Shown in pieces: positions 1 to 9,216 of a DNA stretch of 64,000 nt; within the stretch, counting starts at the first letter, position 1, and every line of letters begins with the position of its first letter. Made by a program: the position numbers and the translations under genes. Location of the stretch: assembly GCA_963712665.1 (NCBI GenBank), contig CAVQIV010000010.1, positions 135,291 through 199,290 on the forward strand, read 5' to 3'. Origin of the DNA: Thermoanaerobaculaceae bacterium (GTDB lineage Bacteria; Acidobacteriota; Thermoanaerobaculia; Multivoradales; UBA5704). The notes beneath the pieces were generated by a model that searched no databases, was not told the origin of the DNA, and saw nothing but the letters and a program-made list of their open reading frames with translations.

Positions 1-186
1 CTCACCGCACTCCGCCTTCAGCTCTGCTGCGGCCTGCCGGTAGGCCTCCGCGGCCCCCGGCGCGTCGTTGGCTGCCAGCAGGGTGGAGCCGAGATCCATC
101 AGCACCTGGGCATGGACGAACGTCGAGGGCGCCGCGGCCTGGCCGGGAGACCCTACGAACAAGACGAGGATCCAGAGCGCGTTCAT
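1..186 (-). CDS. 5' part of a probable secreted TPR-like protein (runs off window edge)
   Basis: Manual translation from ATG at 186: MNALWILVLFVGSPGQAAAPSTFVHAQVLMDLGSTLLAANDAPGAAEAYRQAAAEL. Hydrophobic N-terminus followed by a TPR-like LG..L...A...YRQA pattern. Confidence 0.5.
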   Translation of the reverse strand, partial: MNALWILVLFVGSPGQAAAPSTFVHAQVLMDLGSTLLAANDAPGAAEAYRQAAAELKAECGE

Positions 187-252
187 CGGGATTGGAAAGA
201 TACATCAAAGGCGAGCGCTGAAGGAGTGTTCCCGTGAGGTCCTGCGAAAAGA

Positions 253-277
253 TCCCTCCCCTCGGCGAGGGGAGGGA
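253..277 (-). terminator. Intrinsic terminator-like hairpin after 288..1616
   Basis: TCCCTCCCCTCG/CGAGGGGAGGGA inverted repeat followed on the minus strand by TCTTTT. Confidence 0.55.
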
Positions 278-287
278 GCGAGCAGCT

Positions 288-1616
288 TCAATTGATGCAG
301 GGCCGCGGGTTCTCGTCCGTGCTGCCGCAGGGGTCGCCGGAATCAGGTGGCGGCGGTGGACCCGGAGGCGGTGGGGGAGGCGGCGGAGCACAGGCCGGGT
401 TGATGCACGCGAAGTAGCCTTTGAGACCCCACTCATTGCTTTCGAAGGTATATACGCGGGGGAAGTTGGTGGTGGGATCGCTGCAGAACTGGGCCGTGGT
501 GACTCCGAAGATGGGGTTGTAGAGGTCGTCGTCCCCGCTGACGAAAAAACCCGTCCCGTTGTCGTCCTCGACCAGCAGTGAGGAGTAGTTGACGAAGAGG
601 GGTATGGCGTAGGCGGCCAGATTGACCGTGTACCAGGCGCCGTTGTCGTCGATGTCCGGCAGGTAGCGCGACTGCCCCGAGGCGTCGGTGATCGTCCGCC
701 CGGAGAATACATAGGGAGTCGTCGGCCCGAAGCTGCCGACAGTGGGCTCAAGGAAGTCGTAGTGCACGCCGTAGAGCTCGATCTCTGGATCGCCGTGGAA
801 GCAGCACCCCTCGTGGTTCTCGATGACTTTGAGCTGACTGACCACGAAGTAAGGGCTGTAGCCGGCGCTGCAGCCCAGGCCGCCGATGACACATTGGGGC
901 CGGACCTCGACGGGGCAGTCAACCTTGGGGCTCACTGCGACCGCCGGTCTCTTCGCCGGCGCCTCCCCCTCGGGCCGGAAGGCGACTTTCTCCCGCGCTG
1001 CGCCCAGCGGGATGGGGGCGGACTCCAGCCGGAACCCGCCGGCCGCATCCTCCGCCATGCTCTTCGACAGGGTCAGCGCGAGGGCCGGAAAGCGGTCGAG
1101 GTCCGAGCCGTCGAGGACCATCTCCTCGCCGTTCAGGTAGCCGAGAGCCCGTTCAGTTCCCAGTCCGTCATAGACCTCGTGGGTGAGGAAGATGATGAAA
1201 TTGCCGGCTGCCGGATCGAAGCCCTTCCAGAGCCTGCCAACCTTTTCGAGCTTGATCCGGTAGGAATGCTCGCCCACGGTGACGTATCGTGGCGCGTTCT
1301 GAAAGACCTCGTCGAGAGCCAGGGCCCGTTGACCCAGCTCCTTCAGAGTGTCCTGCGTCAGCCAGGCGCGATCGCGTGACAGGCGGGCGGCGAGATCGGA
1401 CACGAGGCCGACCCGGTCTTCCTGGAGGATTCCATGGCGAGCCTGTGGGGCTGAAGCCGGCCGGCTCGCAATCCGGCCCTCGGCTGCGTTGCCGAGGATG
1501 ATCGTCTGAGCGGACCCTTCCCGAGGGTTCACGGCCGCGCCAACCGGCGCGGAGCTGGCGAGAGAGAGCAGGGTAGCAGCGATTCCCAACGACAGGAGCT
1601 TCAAAGCTCTGAACAC
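288..1616 (-). CDS. Secreted hypothetical protein, Cys-containing, poly-Pro C-terminus (C-terminal half weakly reminiscent of DUF3103)
   Basis: 442-aa ORF, GTG start with AAAGGAG RBS, signal peptide, motifs ENHEGCCFHGDPEIELY and LVEDDNG. Confidence 0.75.
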   Translation of the reverse strand: MFRALKLLSLGIAATLLSLASSAPVGAAVNPREGSAQTIILGNAAEGRIASRPASAPQARHGILQEDRVGLVSDLAARLSRDRAWLTQDTLKELGQRALALDEVFQNAPRYVTVGEHSYRIKLEKVGRLWKGFDPAAGNFIIFLTHEVYDGLGTERALGYLNGEEMVLDGSDLDRFPALALTLSKSMAEDAAGGFRLESAPIPLGAAREKVAFRPEGEAPAKRPAVAVSPKVDCPVEVRPQCVIGGLGCSAGYSPYFVVSQLKVIENHEGCCFHGDPEIELYGVHYDFLEPTVGSFGPTTPYVFSGRTITDASGQSRYLPDIDDNGAWYTVNLAAYAIPLFVNYSSLLVEDDNGTGFFVSGDDDLYNPIFGVTTAQFCSDPTTNFPRVYTFESNEWGLKGYFACINPACAPPPPPPPPGPPPPPDSGDPCGSTDENPRPCIN

Positions 1617-1949
1617 AAAAAGACTCCTTTCTCGTTCACGTTTGAAAAGAAGACACTAGCTGACGGACACGTCCTCCAGAGTGGCGCTACAGATCGCACC
1701 TCCTTTCTTCGTCTGACGCCTTCATCTGGTGTTAACGGGAGGCAGAGCGAGAATGGCCGGAAAGTCGCGTGCCCGCACGCACCGCCACCCTGGCGCGCGT
1801 CCAGCTTGCGGGGCCGCCGCCGAGCCTGATCTTCGTGGATGGGTTCGAGACCGAGAATCTTCGCGCTGGGCGCAGTAAGACCTAGCTATTGGTGCTCTTC
1901 TTGAGCCGTTTACGCTGTATCGCCTGATCCAAGACGGTTATCAGAAGAG

Positions 1950-2252
1950 TCACCAGCACCCATAGGAGTACTCGTGCCACAAGAGGAAACGAAGGAGCCT
2001 CCGGTACGCGCTGACGTCAATAAAGAATCCAGTCATAAGGACAACTGCATAAGCACAGATAGCACCCCGAAGGACACTCTGGAATTTGCTTCGGTTATCT
2101 ACGTGGAGGAGGACGTTCAAAAAAATAGCTGAGAATAACGAAATTCCGATGACTGCTTCCACGACAGTCAACCTAGTCATAAAGAACGCACAGATCGTTC
2201 CTCCTACCGCACCAAAAATCAAGAGACCATTGGCAATCCGTTGCTGTTCCAT
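1950..2252 (-). CDS. Small membrane protein
   Basis: 100 aa, about 3 hydrophobic segments, GAGGAG RBS, lower GC than surroundings. Confidence 0.7.
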   Translation of the reverse strand: MEQQRIANGLLIFGAVGGTICAFFMTRLTVVEAVIGISLFSAIFLNVLLHVDNRSKFQSVLRGAICAYAVVLMTGFFIDVSAYRRLLRFLLWHEYSYGCW

Positions 2253-2274
2253 CGCCTTTTTTGCTCCTCGGGAT

Positions 2275-3135
2275 TCAGAACACCGTCACCCGGCCGTCGC
2301 GGCCGATCCGGCGGACCCGCACGGCGTTGGTGGTGGAACATTCCAGCAGCCACAGATCGCCGTTGGGGGCCAAGAATCCACCTGTCGGGGCCCATGGGAA
2401 GGAGGAACGCGCTGCGATCTGGACCTGACCGGCGGGCGTCACCTTCTTCACCACCCGGTTGCCATACGAGGCAATGTAGGTATTTCGCGCCGTATCGGTC
2501 CACAGTCCCATGAGGAGGTGAGAATCGTTCACCTGCGGCTGTGTGAAGGAACGTTCCTGGAGGTGCTTCGCCAGCGTGCGCAGGGAACCGGCAGGGCTCA
2601 CCTCGACGAGGTCCCCGGCATCGATGAAGCGAACAGTGCCGTCCGCGGTGACCGTCATCCACCGCACGTCCCGGCAGCTCGGACAGGCCGCGAGCGTGCT
2701 GATCGTTCCGTCCGGCGCGCGCTTGCGGATCAACGTCCGGGGCTCGCGCTCGGCCCAATACATGTTGCCCGCGGCATCGCGCACGAAGCTGTAGTCGCGA
2801 AGGAATCCCTGCCGGGGCGGGATGACGTCGACGAGCTTGCCCTCCGGGCTCAGCCGCCAGACGCGATAACCCCACCGGTCCGTGGCCTCGCCCTCGTACC
2901 ACAGATGCTCGCCATACAGATTGCCTTCCGCGTCGAGGCAGAGCTCATGCGTATGGACACCGGGCACCGCAACGGACTTCTTGCCCTGGGGACTGATCTT
3001 CCAGACCTGCTTGAGGTCCGTATAAAACACGTTGCCCTGGCGGTCCATGACGATTCCCACGCCCGGATGGGCGGTCGCGGAGCCGGCGAGCGCCAGCCAG
3101 AGGGTTGAGATGATCATGAGGTGCCGGGCGTGCAT
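2275..3135 (-). CDS. Secreted NHL-repeat/beta-propeller protein
   Basis: Start MHARHL with GGGAGG RBS; signal peptide; repeated D..GN(V/L/M)(F/Y) blades. Confidence 0.8.
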   Translation of the reverse strand: MHARHLMIISTLWLALAGSATAHPGVGIVMDRQGNVFYTDLKQVWKISPQGKKSVAVPGVHTHELCLDAEGNLYGEHLWYEGEATDRWGYRVWRLSPEGKLVDVIPPRQGFLRDYSFVRDAAGNMYWAEREPRTLIRKRAPDGTISTLAACPSCRDVRWMTVTADGTVRFIDAGDLVEVSPAGSLRTLAKHLQERSFTQPQVNDSHLLMGLWTDTARNTYIASYGNRVVKKVTPAGQVQIAARSSFPWAPTGGFLAPNGDLWLLECSTTNAVRVRRIGRDGRVTVF

Positions 3136-3212
3136 CTGCGTTTCCTCCCCACGGGTCCGGCGACTAATGTAGAATTTCAGACGCGTGCCTGTCAAAGGCG
3201 ATCCCCAAGATT

Positions 3213-3238
3213 CCTGGGACCGCCGGCGTCCCGCCGGC
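3213..3238. repeat. Short REP-like palindrome (family A), second copy inverted at 21521..21546
   Basis: CCTGGGACCGCCGGCGTCCCGCCGGC vs reverse complement CCTGGGAGCGCTGGCGTCCCGCCGGC. Confidence 0.6.
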
Positions 3239-3250
3239 TCTTCCTTCAGT

Positions 3251-3491
3251 CCATCCGGCCCTACGGGCCGGGAGAACGGAGCCCAGGGCTTCTGAGGCCG
3301 AAGGCCGATGCCCTGGGTTGAGGGATGAGGGATGACAAAGCGGTGCGGCCTGAAAGGTCGCGAGAGCCTTTTTGTCGAACCGGGTTCTCGCGACCTTTCA
3401 GGCCGCAAGCCACAAAGAGGGGTTGTTTCCCAGGGCATCGGCCTTCGGCCTCGGCCCTGGGCTAAAGTCTCCCGGCCCGTTGGGCCGATGG
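3251..3491. repeat. Long nested inverted-repeat REP/MITE-like element
   Basis: Paired arms GAGGCCGAAGGCCGATGCCCTGGG/CCCAGGGCATCGGCCTTCGGCCTC and GCGGCCTGAAAGGTCGCGAGA/TCTCGCGACCTTTCAGGCCGC; intergenic. Confidence 0.85.
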
Positions 3492-3601
3492 GTAGATTGA
3501 AGGCGCCGGCGAACCACCGTTCACTGTCGGCGCCCGCCCCGAGCTAGCCTGGATTCCCACGTTAGCCGATCTGAAGACCGGCACTCGGAACCCCGCATTT
3601 C

Positions 3602-4474
3602 TTATGGCGGCGGCGAGTAGGCGCCTTGTAGGCCCTCAAAGAAGGATTTCCGCTGAGCATCGGGACCCTCCAGTTCCTGCATAATAGCAGATGAGCTGAT
3701 TACCGTCTTCCAGATTTCCCTGAGAGCATCCCCGAAGCGTGCAAGAGTGAGCAATTTATCTGGGCCCGGTATAGTGTAGCCACGACCATGCATAACATCC
3801 GAACGCTTACTGTAAAGCTCTCGGAATTCTCGGAAACGTCGATGGCGCTCTGGAGTATCCTGAGCGATCAAGCAAGCGTATGCCAAGGCGAGGCGCCGCG
3901 TAATCCCCGGGCCGGTCTCATATGTGAGAATTGCCTCCGCAGCGGCAGCATGGCAGATCAGTGCCACCTGCCATTGAATAGCTTGGCAGCCAGCAAGGGT
4001 TAGATGCAGAGCGTTCGACAGGCGAGAGGCGCCAAGGCGAACCTGGCGCAGAGAGGGGAAAAAAGAGGATGCGGTGGCAAGATGGACATCTGTGATGTCA
4101 TCGGCCGCAGCTCCTTCAATCCATTCAAACTGATCGTGGAGGCGTGACATAGAACCGGGCGCGGCATCCAGATCAGTAGCGACCTTGAAACGGAACTGAA
4201 CATGAGTTCTGGTTGGCTGAGCCAACCATAGCGCGAGCAGAACAATATTAACGATCTCTGAGGGATTCGGCTCATCGCCAGTCGACCAATCGACGGTGAG
4301 CCAATGGTCCGCAAAAAAGAGGTGGTTGCGGTCGAATTGTGTGAGATCTTCGTCAAGTTCTCGTAGTGGATACGGCTGAGGGCGCCGGATAATCTCAACT
4401 CCGGGAGCAATCGAGAATGTCGAGCCCTGCCACAGGAAGTTGCTTAGGGGCGCATAGACCTTAAATTCAGACAT
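3602..4474 (-). CDS. HEPN-domain (ApeA-like) protein
   Basis: 290 aa, low GC, helical C-terminal domain with LYSKRSDVMHG (Rx4H HEPN motif). Confidence 0.7.
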   Translation of the reverse strand: MSEFKVYAPLSNFLWQGSTFSIAPGVEIIRRPQPYPLRELDEDLTQFDRNHLFFADHWLTVDWSTGDEPNPSEIVNIVLLALWLAQPTRTHVQFRFKVATDLDAAPGSMSRLHDQFEWIEGAAADDITDVHLATASSFFPSLRQVRLGASRLSNALHLTLAGCQAIQWQVALICHAAAAEAILTYETGPGITRRLALAYACLIAQDTPERHRRFREFRELYSKRSDVMHGRGYTIPGPDKLLTLARFGDALREIWKTVISSSAIMQELEGPDAQRKSFFEGLQGAYSPPP

Positions 4475-4609
4475 AGCGTTCTTGAGCCAGCTAACCTCTA
4501 TGTGAGCTTACGTGCTATCCCCTGAATACTTATCGGCAAACCGATGAAGGATCCCCCGGCATGCCTTCTGGTGGCGCATCTTCTCTATCTATGATCGTTA
4601 TCACTCTAC

Positions 4610-6051
4610 CACTAGTGTCCGGTTAGAAGTCGAATAGAATCAATTGGTTAGCGGGGGTGGCTATTTCTCGTTGGGACCGATCGGGCTGCAAGGCGCATGA
4701 AATCTCGGTTTTCTCGAAGATCGAGACCGACAAGATCTGTAGACATGTGTACAGCGAGGCCTCGAGTTGAAGCTCTTTCTTTACAATGGCGATCAACACG
4801 TAAGTGGCCACGGCGCACCAGATTTGCGTCTTCACCGCGTTCTCGCTGGTGCCAATAAATCGCTTAATGCGCAGGTGCTGTTTGATCCACTTGAAGAACA
4901 GCTCGACCTGCCAGCGGCCTTTGTACAGAGCGGCGATCGTCAAGGCGGGCAAGACCGTGTTGTTGGTCAGGAAGACGAGCGTCTTGCCCGACTCGGGGTC
5001 CTTGAAACGGACGCGCCGCAGATGCTCCGGGTAGGCCTTGGCCGAGTAGAAGCCGTTGAGCATCACGCGCTGATCGCAGATCACGCCGGTAGAGCGCTGC
5101 GTCGGCGACGAATACACGCGCCGGGCATCCATCCCGTGCTTGGCACGAGTGACGAAGAAAGCACCGGCCTGATGCATCGCGTACAGCCGCGTAAAGTCCA
5201 CGTAGCCACGATCCATCACGTAGAAGGCACCGGCCTCAATCGGCAGGATGTCGAGCACGTTGACATCGTGCAGCTTGCCATCGCTGATGTGGAGAAACGT
5301 CGGGATCGAACCCCGGAGGTCCAGAAGCGTGTGCAGTTTGACGGCCGCCTTGGTCGATCGAAATGGCGCCCAGTCGAACAGGCTCAGGCACAGATCGATA
5401 GTGGTGGAATCCAGCGCATAGACGCTGGCATCGAGCTCGAGCACCGAAGGATCTTGCGCGTAGAGCGCTTTGGCGCGCGCGATAAGTCGCTGAGCCAGCG
5501 CATGATAGATGCGCCAGTCGCGACGCTCGAGTGCGTCGGCCAACGTCGAGCGCGCAGGCGACGCCTTCATCCCCATGTGGAACAGCTTGGTTTGGTTGGC
5601 GGCCAGACAAGCCTCGATGTCGCGCAGCGATTCGCGCCAGGTGAGTTGCGCGAAGGCCATGACGCGGAACAGGTCGGCACAGCTCAGAGTGCGCACGCCC
5701 GCATCACCCTTGTGCCGTTCGACGATGCGTCCGAAGGTCTTCCAGGGGACGAACTCCATCACCTGTGCGAAGAGCGTCTTGCCCACGTTCATGCTTCACC
5801 TCGGGGTCGGTCAAGCCCGAGAGCATGGCATGGACGAGTAGCAAAGCCTCGCCCTCAGCTACCGGGAGCCCGGCCAACCCCCTGGCTCAGTTCTGGACCG
5901 GAGCCGAAGCCCCATCCCCAAGAGATTGCTCAAGCTCTCCGGGCCGCCTCCTCCCCCGAAATTCAAATCGTGGACACCCCTGAGTCAACCCGAAACTACA
6001 GTCAATGCTGGCCTTACGGTCGGTAGACAGCAAATAGACCGGACACTAGTG
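4610..6051 (-). mobile_element. Complete IS4-family insertion sequence, 1442 bp
   Basis: 14-bp perfect terminal inverted repeats CACTAGTGTCCGGT (4610-4623) and ACCGGACACTAGTG (6038-6051); 9-bp target duplication TCACTCTAC at 4601-4609 and 6052-6060. Confidence 0.95.
4623..5792 (-). CDS. IS4-family DDE transposase (DUF4372-type N-terminus)
   Basis: YALDSTTIDL, VMDRGY, YKGRWQVELFFKWIKQHL motifs; intact 389 aa. Confidence 0.95.
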   Translation of the reverse strand: MNVGKTLFAQVMEFVPWKTFGRIVERHKGDAGVRTLSCADLFRVMAFAQLTWRESLRDIEACLAANQTKLFHMGMKASPARSTLADALERRDWRIYHALAQRLIARAKALYAQDPSVLELDASVYALDSTTIDLCLSLFDWAPFRSTKAAVKLHTLLDLRGSIPTFLHISDGKLHDVNVLDILPIEAGAFYVMDRGYVDFTRLYAMHQAGAFFVTRAKHGMDARRVYSSPTQRSTGVICDQRVMLNGFYSAKAYPEHLRRVRFKDPESGKTLVFLTNNTVLPALTIAALYKGRWQVELFFKWIKQHLRIKRFIGTSENAVKTQIWCAVATYVLIAIVKKELQLEASLYTCLQILSVSIFEKTEISCALQPDRSQREIATPANQLILFDF

Positions 6052-6053
6052 TC

Positions 6054-6082
6054 ACTCTACATGAATTGAGGGTGTTCGTCAA
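6054..6082 (-). promoter_or_regulatory. Sigma70-like promoter within a ~75-bp repeated element (4565-4609 plus 6061-6086) split by the IS
   Basis: TTGACG-17 bp-TAGAGT; homologous intact copy at 17808-17879. Confidence 0.6.
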
Positions 6083-6089
6083 GATGCGA

Positions 6090-6117
6090 GGCGCCAGCCG
6101 CTTTCGCGGCTGGCGCC
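6090..6117 (-). terminator. Hairpin downstream of S8 protease gene
   Basis: 12-bp stem GGCGCCAGCCGC/GCGGCTGGCGCC with a 4-nt loop. Confidence 0.6.
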
Positions 6118-6135
6118 CTCCACTTCCGATGGGCT

Positions 6136-8766
6136 TTACGGTGTATACGTCACCGTAAGCTGCGGCCGGTTCGCCTGGGTCGCGTTCTCTCCCGAGAAGA
6201 AACCGATGTAGTCGTAGCCGAGGTCGTCGTTGTCGTCGAGGGTGAAGGTGAGACGGAGCTGCGTGGTGCCGGTCTTGTTGATGGCGGCGAGGCCGGCGGC
6301 GTTCAGGGTGCCGGTTGAGGCGGAGCCGTTGGCGGTGGGGTTTGACATCGTGGCCACGCTGGTCGCCGTTGCCGCGGCCTGCCAGTCGGCGAAGGCGAAG
6401 GCGGTGGAGCCGCCGAAGCCGCCGGTGGCGATGTCCACGACGCAGGAGCCGTGGGTGGTGAAGGGATTGGTGCCTGAGGAGGTCCCTCGCACCAGGCGGA
6501 GGGTCGCGGAGGTGATCGTCGCCGTGTCCGGAATCGAGGAGGTGTCGAAGGAGACGAGGCTCTTGTATTGCTCGTCGGCGCTGGTGTCGCCCACACGCAG
6601 GGCCGCGGTGGTGTTGTCGGTCGAGTTGCCGCCGCCGCCGGCGTTGCTGGTCTCTCCCACTTCCCAGATCCGGCCGTCCTCCGCTGGCACCGAGAAGAAG
6701 GTCACAGTCACCGGGTTCGTCGGCACGCTCGTTACGGTGACGGGGATCTCGTTCGAGATCAGGGTCGAGCCGCAGCCGGGCGTCGTCCTCTCGACCAGGA
6801 AGTAGCTGCCGGCGGCCGGGAAGCTGGCGCAATTGAGAACGTAACTATTTCCCGTCTGGCCCGTGATGTTGGTGATCGCGCCGCCCGAGACGGTGCGATA
6901 ACCCCACTGATGGCTGGCGGTGCCGCCGCCGGTATCCGTCACCGTCGCGGTGCCGCCCAGACAGGGGCTGCCGATCGTCGTGCTGCCCGCGACGGAGATC
7001 GTCACGCTGGTGAGAGGAGAGGCGATGCTCACGGTGGCGCTGCCGGCGCCGGGCTGGTTGCAGCCGGTGCTCGACACACTGGTGAGGGAGTAGGTGGTGG
7101 CGGTGGTGGGCGACACGGAGCGCGTGGCCGGGGTGGAGCTGACACCGCTCTGGACGAAGCCGTCCGACCAGGTGAGCGTCCACGGTCCGCTCCCCACGAG
7201 ATCGACGGTGAGGGTGGCCGGACTGCCGGCGCAGACCGCAGTCGATCCAGAAACCTTTCCTGGAATGGCACATCCCACGTCGAGGCGGCCGTAGCCGTAG
7301 ACGTTGTTGGGAACGGCTCCGGCCGCGCTGCTGCATGTGGCCGTGGTCAACGTGATGTGCTTGGCGGACGAGGTGAGGCGGCTTTCGATCGCGTCCACGT
7401 TGCCGATGAGCGAGGGGAACGCCGAGAGTAGAAGCGCCACGCCGCCGGCCACGTGCGGCCCTGCCATCGAAGTGCCCGAGAGGGAGGTGTAGGTGGTATC
7501 GCCGGTGCCGTAGGATGAACGGGTGCTGGTGCCGGGTGCCATGATGTCGGGCTTGATGCGATTGCTGCCGTCGGCCGTCACTGGACCGCGGCTGCTGAAG
7601 CTGGCCACGGTATCGGCGCCGGTGTTGAGCGCTCCCGTGGTGAACGATGGATCGTAGAAGCTGGGGGGATCCATCACCGTGGAGCAGCCCGATCCCGAGT
7701 TGCCGGCCGAGACCTCCATCAGGATGCCAGCCGCGCGCGTGTTGGTGACGCCGGTCAGGAGGACGTTGGGGGTCGTGCAGCCCTCGGCGGCATTGCAGCC
7801 CCAGGAATTGACCGTCACGTGGGGGGCCTTGCTGGGATCGCCCTGGCTGGTGGTGCCGCCCACCGGATAGGGAGCCAGGAAAAACTCCATACATTCGAGA
7901 TAGCTGGCGGGCGTGCCGGCACCCTGGTTCATGTTGCGGCAGCCGATCCACCGCGCTCCCGGCGCCATGCCGACCTGGTTGGCGCCGTCGAGGCCCACCG
8001 CGGTGCCCATGGTGTGAGTGCCGTGACCGTTGTCGTCGCACGGCGCGGGGGAGTTGGCGCCGCACGAGCCGCCGCCGGAATGGATGGAGTCGTGCCAGTT
8101 GTAATTATGGCTGGCCGTGGTGCCGTTCCAGCCACGATAGGCGTTCTTGAGCGCGGCGTGCGTCCAGCGATAGCCCGTGTCGGCGCCGCCCACGACCACG
8201 CTCTGCCCGGTGTAGCCCAGGCTCCAGACCTGCGGCGCCCGCACGTAGCTGATTCCCGGCTCGGCGGACGTGATGGCCTTGTCGAGCCAGTCCGGATTGA
8301 ATTCCAGGACCTCCGCCTTTTGCGGCCTGGGCAGCGTCTGGCGCATTTCGGGGTTGCCGTCGATCCGCTTCACGTCGGGCCGCGCGGCCAGGATCTCCGC
8401 GAGATTGCGATCGCCTTTGACCAGGATCGCGTTGACCAGGTAGAACGAACGGTACTCGATCCCGCGGGCGTCCAACTCGGCCAGGATCGGCTTCTGGGTT
8501 TCCTGCGCGGTCCTGAGGAGCGTCCGATAGACGAACTGTCCTTTGCTCAGCTTGCTCTTGAGCTCTTTGGCGTCCGAGAGGTTCGCCTGCTTCGCCAGCA
8601 CGACGAAGAACTCCGCCTGGGCGCCGGCCCGGGTGTTCTCGATTACCCAGGGCTGGATCTTCTCAAATCCGGGCTGGCGCACCTGGGCGTGCGCGCTCGA
8701 CGCGATCAGCAAGGCTCCAACGACCAGGACCAGGCATTCACTCGCCTTCCAACGGGATATCTTCAT
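6136..8766 (-). CDS. Secreted S8 (subtilisin-like) serine protease with C-terminal beta-rich accessory domains
   Basis: Signal peptide; catalytic motifs GGADTG, HGTHTMG, GTSMAGPHVAG; C-terminal SFDTSSIPDTATITSATLRL...RPQLTVTY (DNRLRE/CBM96-like). Confidence 0.93.
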   Translation of the reverse strand: MKISRWKASECLVLVVGALLIASSAHAQVRQPGFEKIQPWVIENTRAGAQAEFFVVLAKQANLSDAKELKSKLSKGQFVYRTLLRTAQETQKPILAELDARGIEYRSFYLVNAILVKGDRNLAEILAARPDVKRIDGNPEMRQTLPRPQKAEVLEFNPDWLDKAITSAEPGISYVRAPQVWSLGYTGQSVVVGGADTGYRWTHAALKNAYRGWNGTTASHNYNWHDSIHSGGGSCGANSPAPCDDNGHGTHTMGTAVGLDGANQVGMAPGARWIGCRNMNQGAGTPASYLECMEFFLAPYPVGGTTSQGDPSKAPHVTVNSWGCNAAEGCTTPNVLLTGVTNTRAAGILMEVSAGNSGSGCSTVMDPPSFYDPSFTTGALNTGADTVASFSSRGPVTADGSNRIKPDIMAPGTSTRSSYGTGDTTYTSLSGTSMAGPHVAGGVALLLSAFPSLIGNVDAIESRLTSSAKHITLTTATCSSAAGAVPNNVYGYGRLDVGCAIPGKVSGSTAVCAGSPATLTVDLVGSGPWTLTWSDGFVQSGVSSTPATRSVSPTTATTYSLTSVSSTGCNQPGAGSATVSIASPLTSVTISVAGSTTIGSPCLGGTATVTDTGGGTASHQWGYRTVSGGAITNITGQTGNSYVLNCASFPAAGSYFLVERTTPGCGSTLISNEIPVTVTSVPTNPVTVTFFSVPAEDGRIWEVGETSNAGGGGNSTDNTTAALRVGDTSADEQYKSLVSFDTSSIPDTATITSATLRLVRGTSSGTNPFTTHGSCVVDIATGGFGGSTAFAFADWQAAATATSVATMSNPTANGSASTGTLNAAGLAAINKTGTTQLRLTFTLDDNDDLGYDYIGFFSGENATQANRPQLTVTYTP

Positions 8767-8914
8767 CGCTCTCTCCCTTCCGTAGGTTGAGGTGCAGCGG
8801 AAAAGCTGCCGTCAATGAAACACGGTTGAAGAGGCGCTGTCAACAACCGCGCGACTTGGGCGGCACTTTGGGTCTCGCCCTGGTGTAGACTCGGGGAACA
8901 AGGAGGAGCACGCT

Positions 8915-9109
8915 ATGAAGAAGAGGCTTCCGAAGAAGCTGGAGCTCAGCCGCGAGACCCTGCGGTCTCTCACGGCGCCCCGGATGGGCGAGGTGGCCGG
9001 AGGGGGGTCGAAGATCACGTGCGCGGTGATGTGCACGTCGATTGATACGGCCTGCTTCCAGACCTGCGACTGCCCCCCGCCCACCTCGCCCATCGTTTGC
9101 TCGACCTGA
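8915..9109 (+). CDS. RiPP (lanthipeptide-type) precursor peptide 1
   Basis: AAGGAGG RBS; leader KKLELSRETL ending VAGG; core with 6 Cys and many Ser/Thr. Confidence 0.85.
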   Translation: MKKRLPKKLELSRETLRSLTAPRMGEVAGGGSKITCAVMCTSIDTACFQTCDCPPPTSPIVCST

Positions 9110-9216
9110 TCGCGGCACTACTAATTTAGGTGCCTGAGGCACCTCTGCCGGGACAGCGGCATATACCGGTCTGGGTCGATCTCAGTGTAGAATTGGAAGC
9201 CAAGGAGGAGCAAGCC

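Noticed and set aside
5795-5960. Possible secondary insertion in the long 5' region of the IS
   Set aside because: No terminal repeats or duplication visible; needs alignment with other copies
4767-6026. 419-aa ORF antisense to the transposase, and many other long antisense ORFs
   Set aside because: Shadow ORFs expected in high-GC coding DNA; no motifs or RBS
6136-8766. S8 protease as the dedicated leader peptidase for the adjacent precursors
   Set aside because: Architecture is that of a general secreted subtilase, and double-glycine leaders are normally cut by C39 peptidase-transporters; only adjacency supports the link
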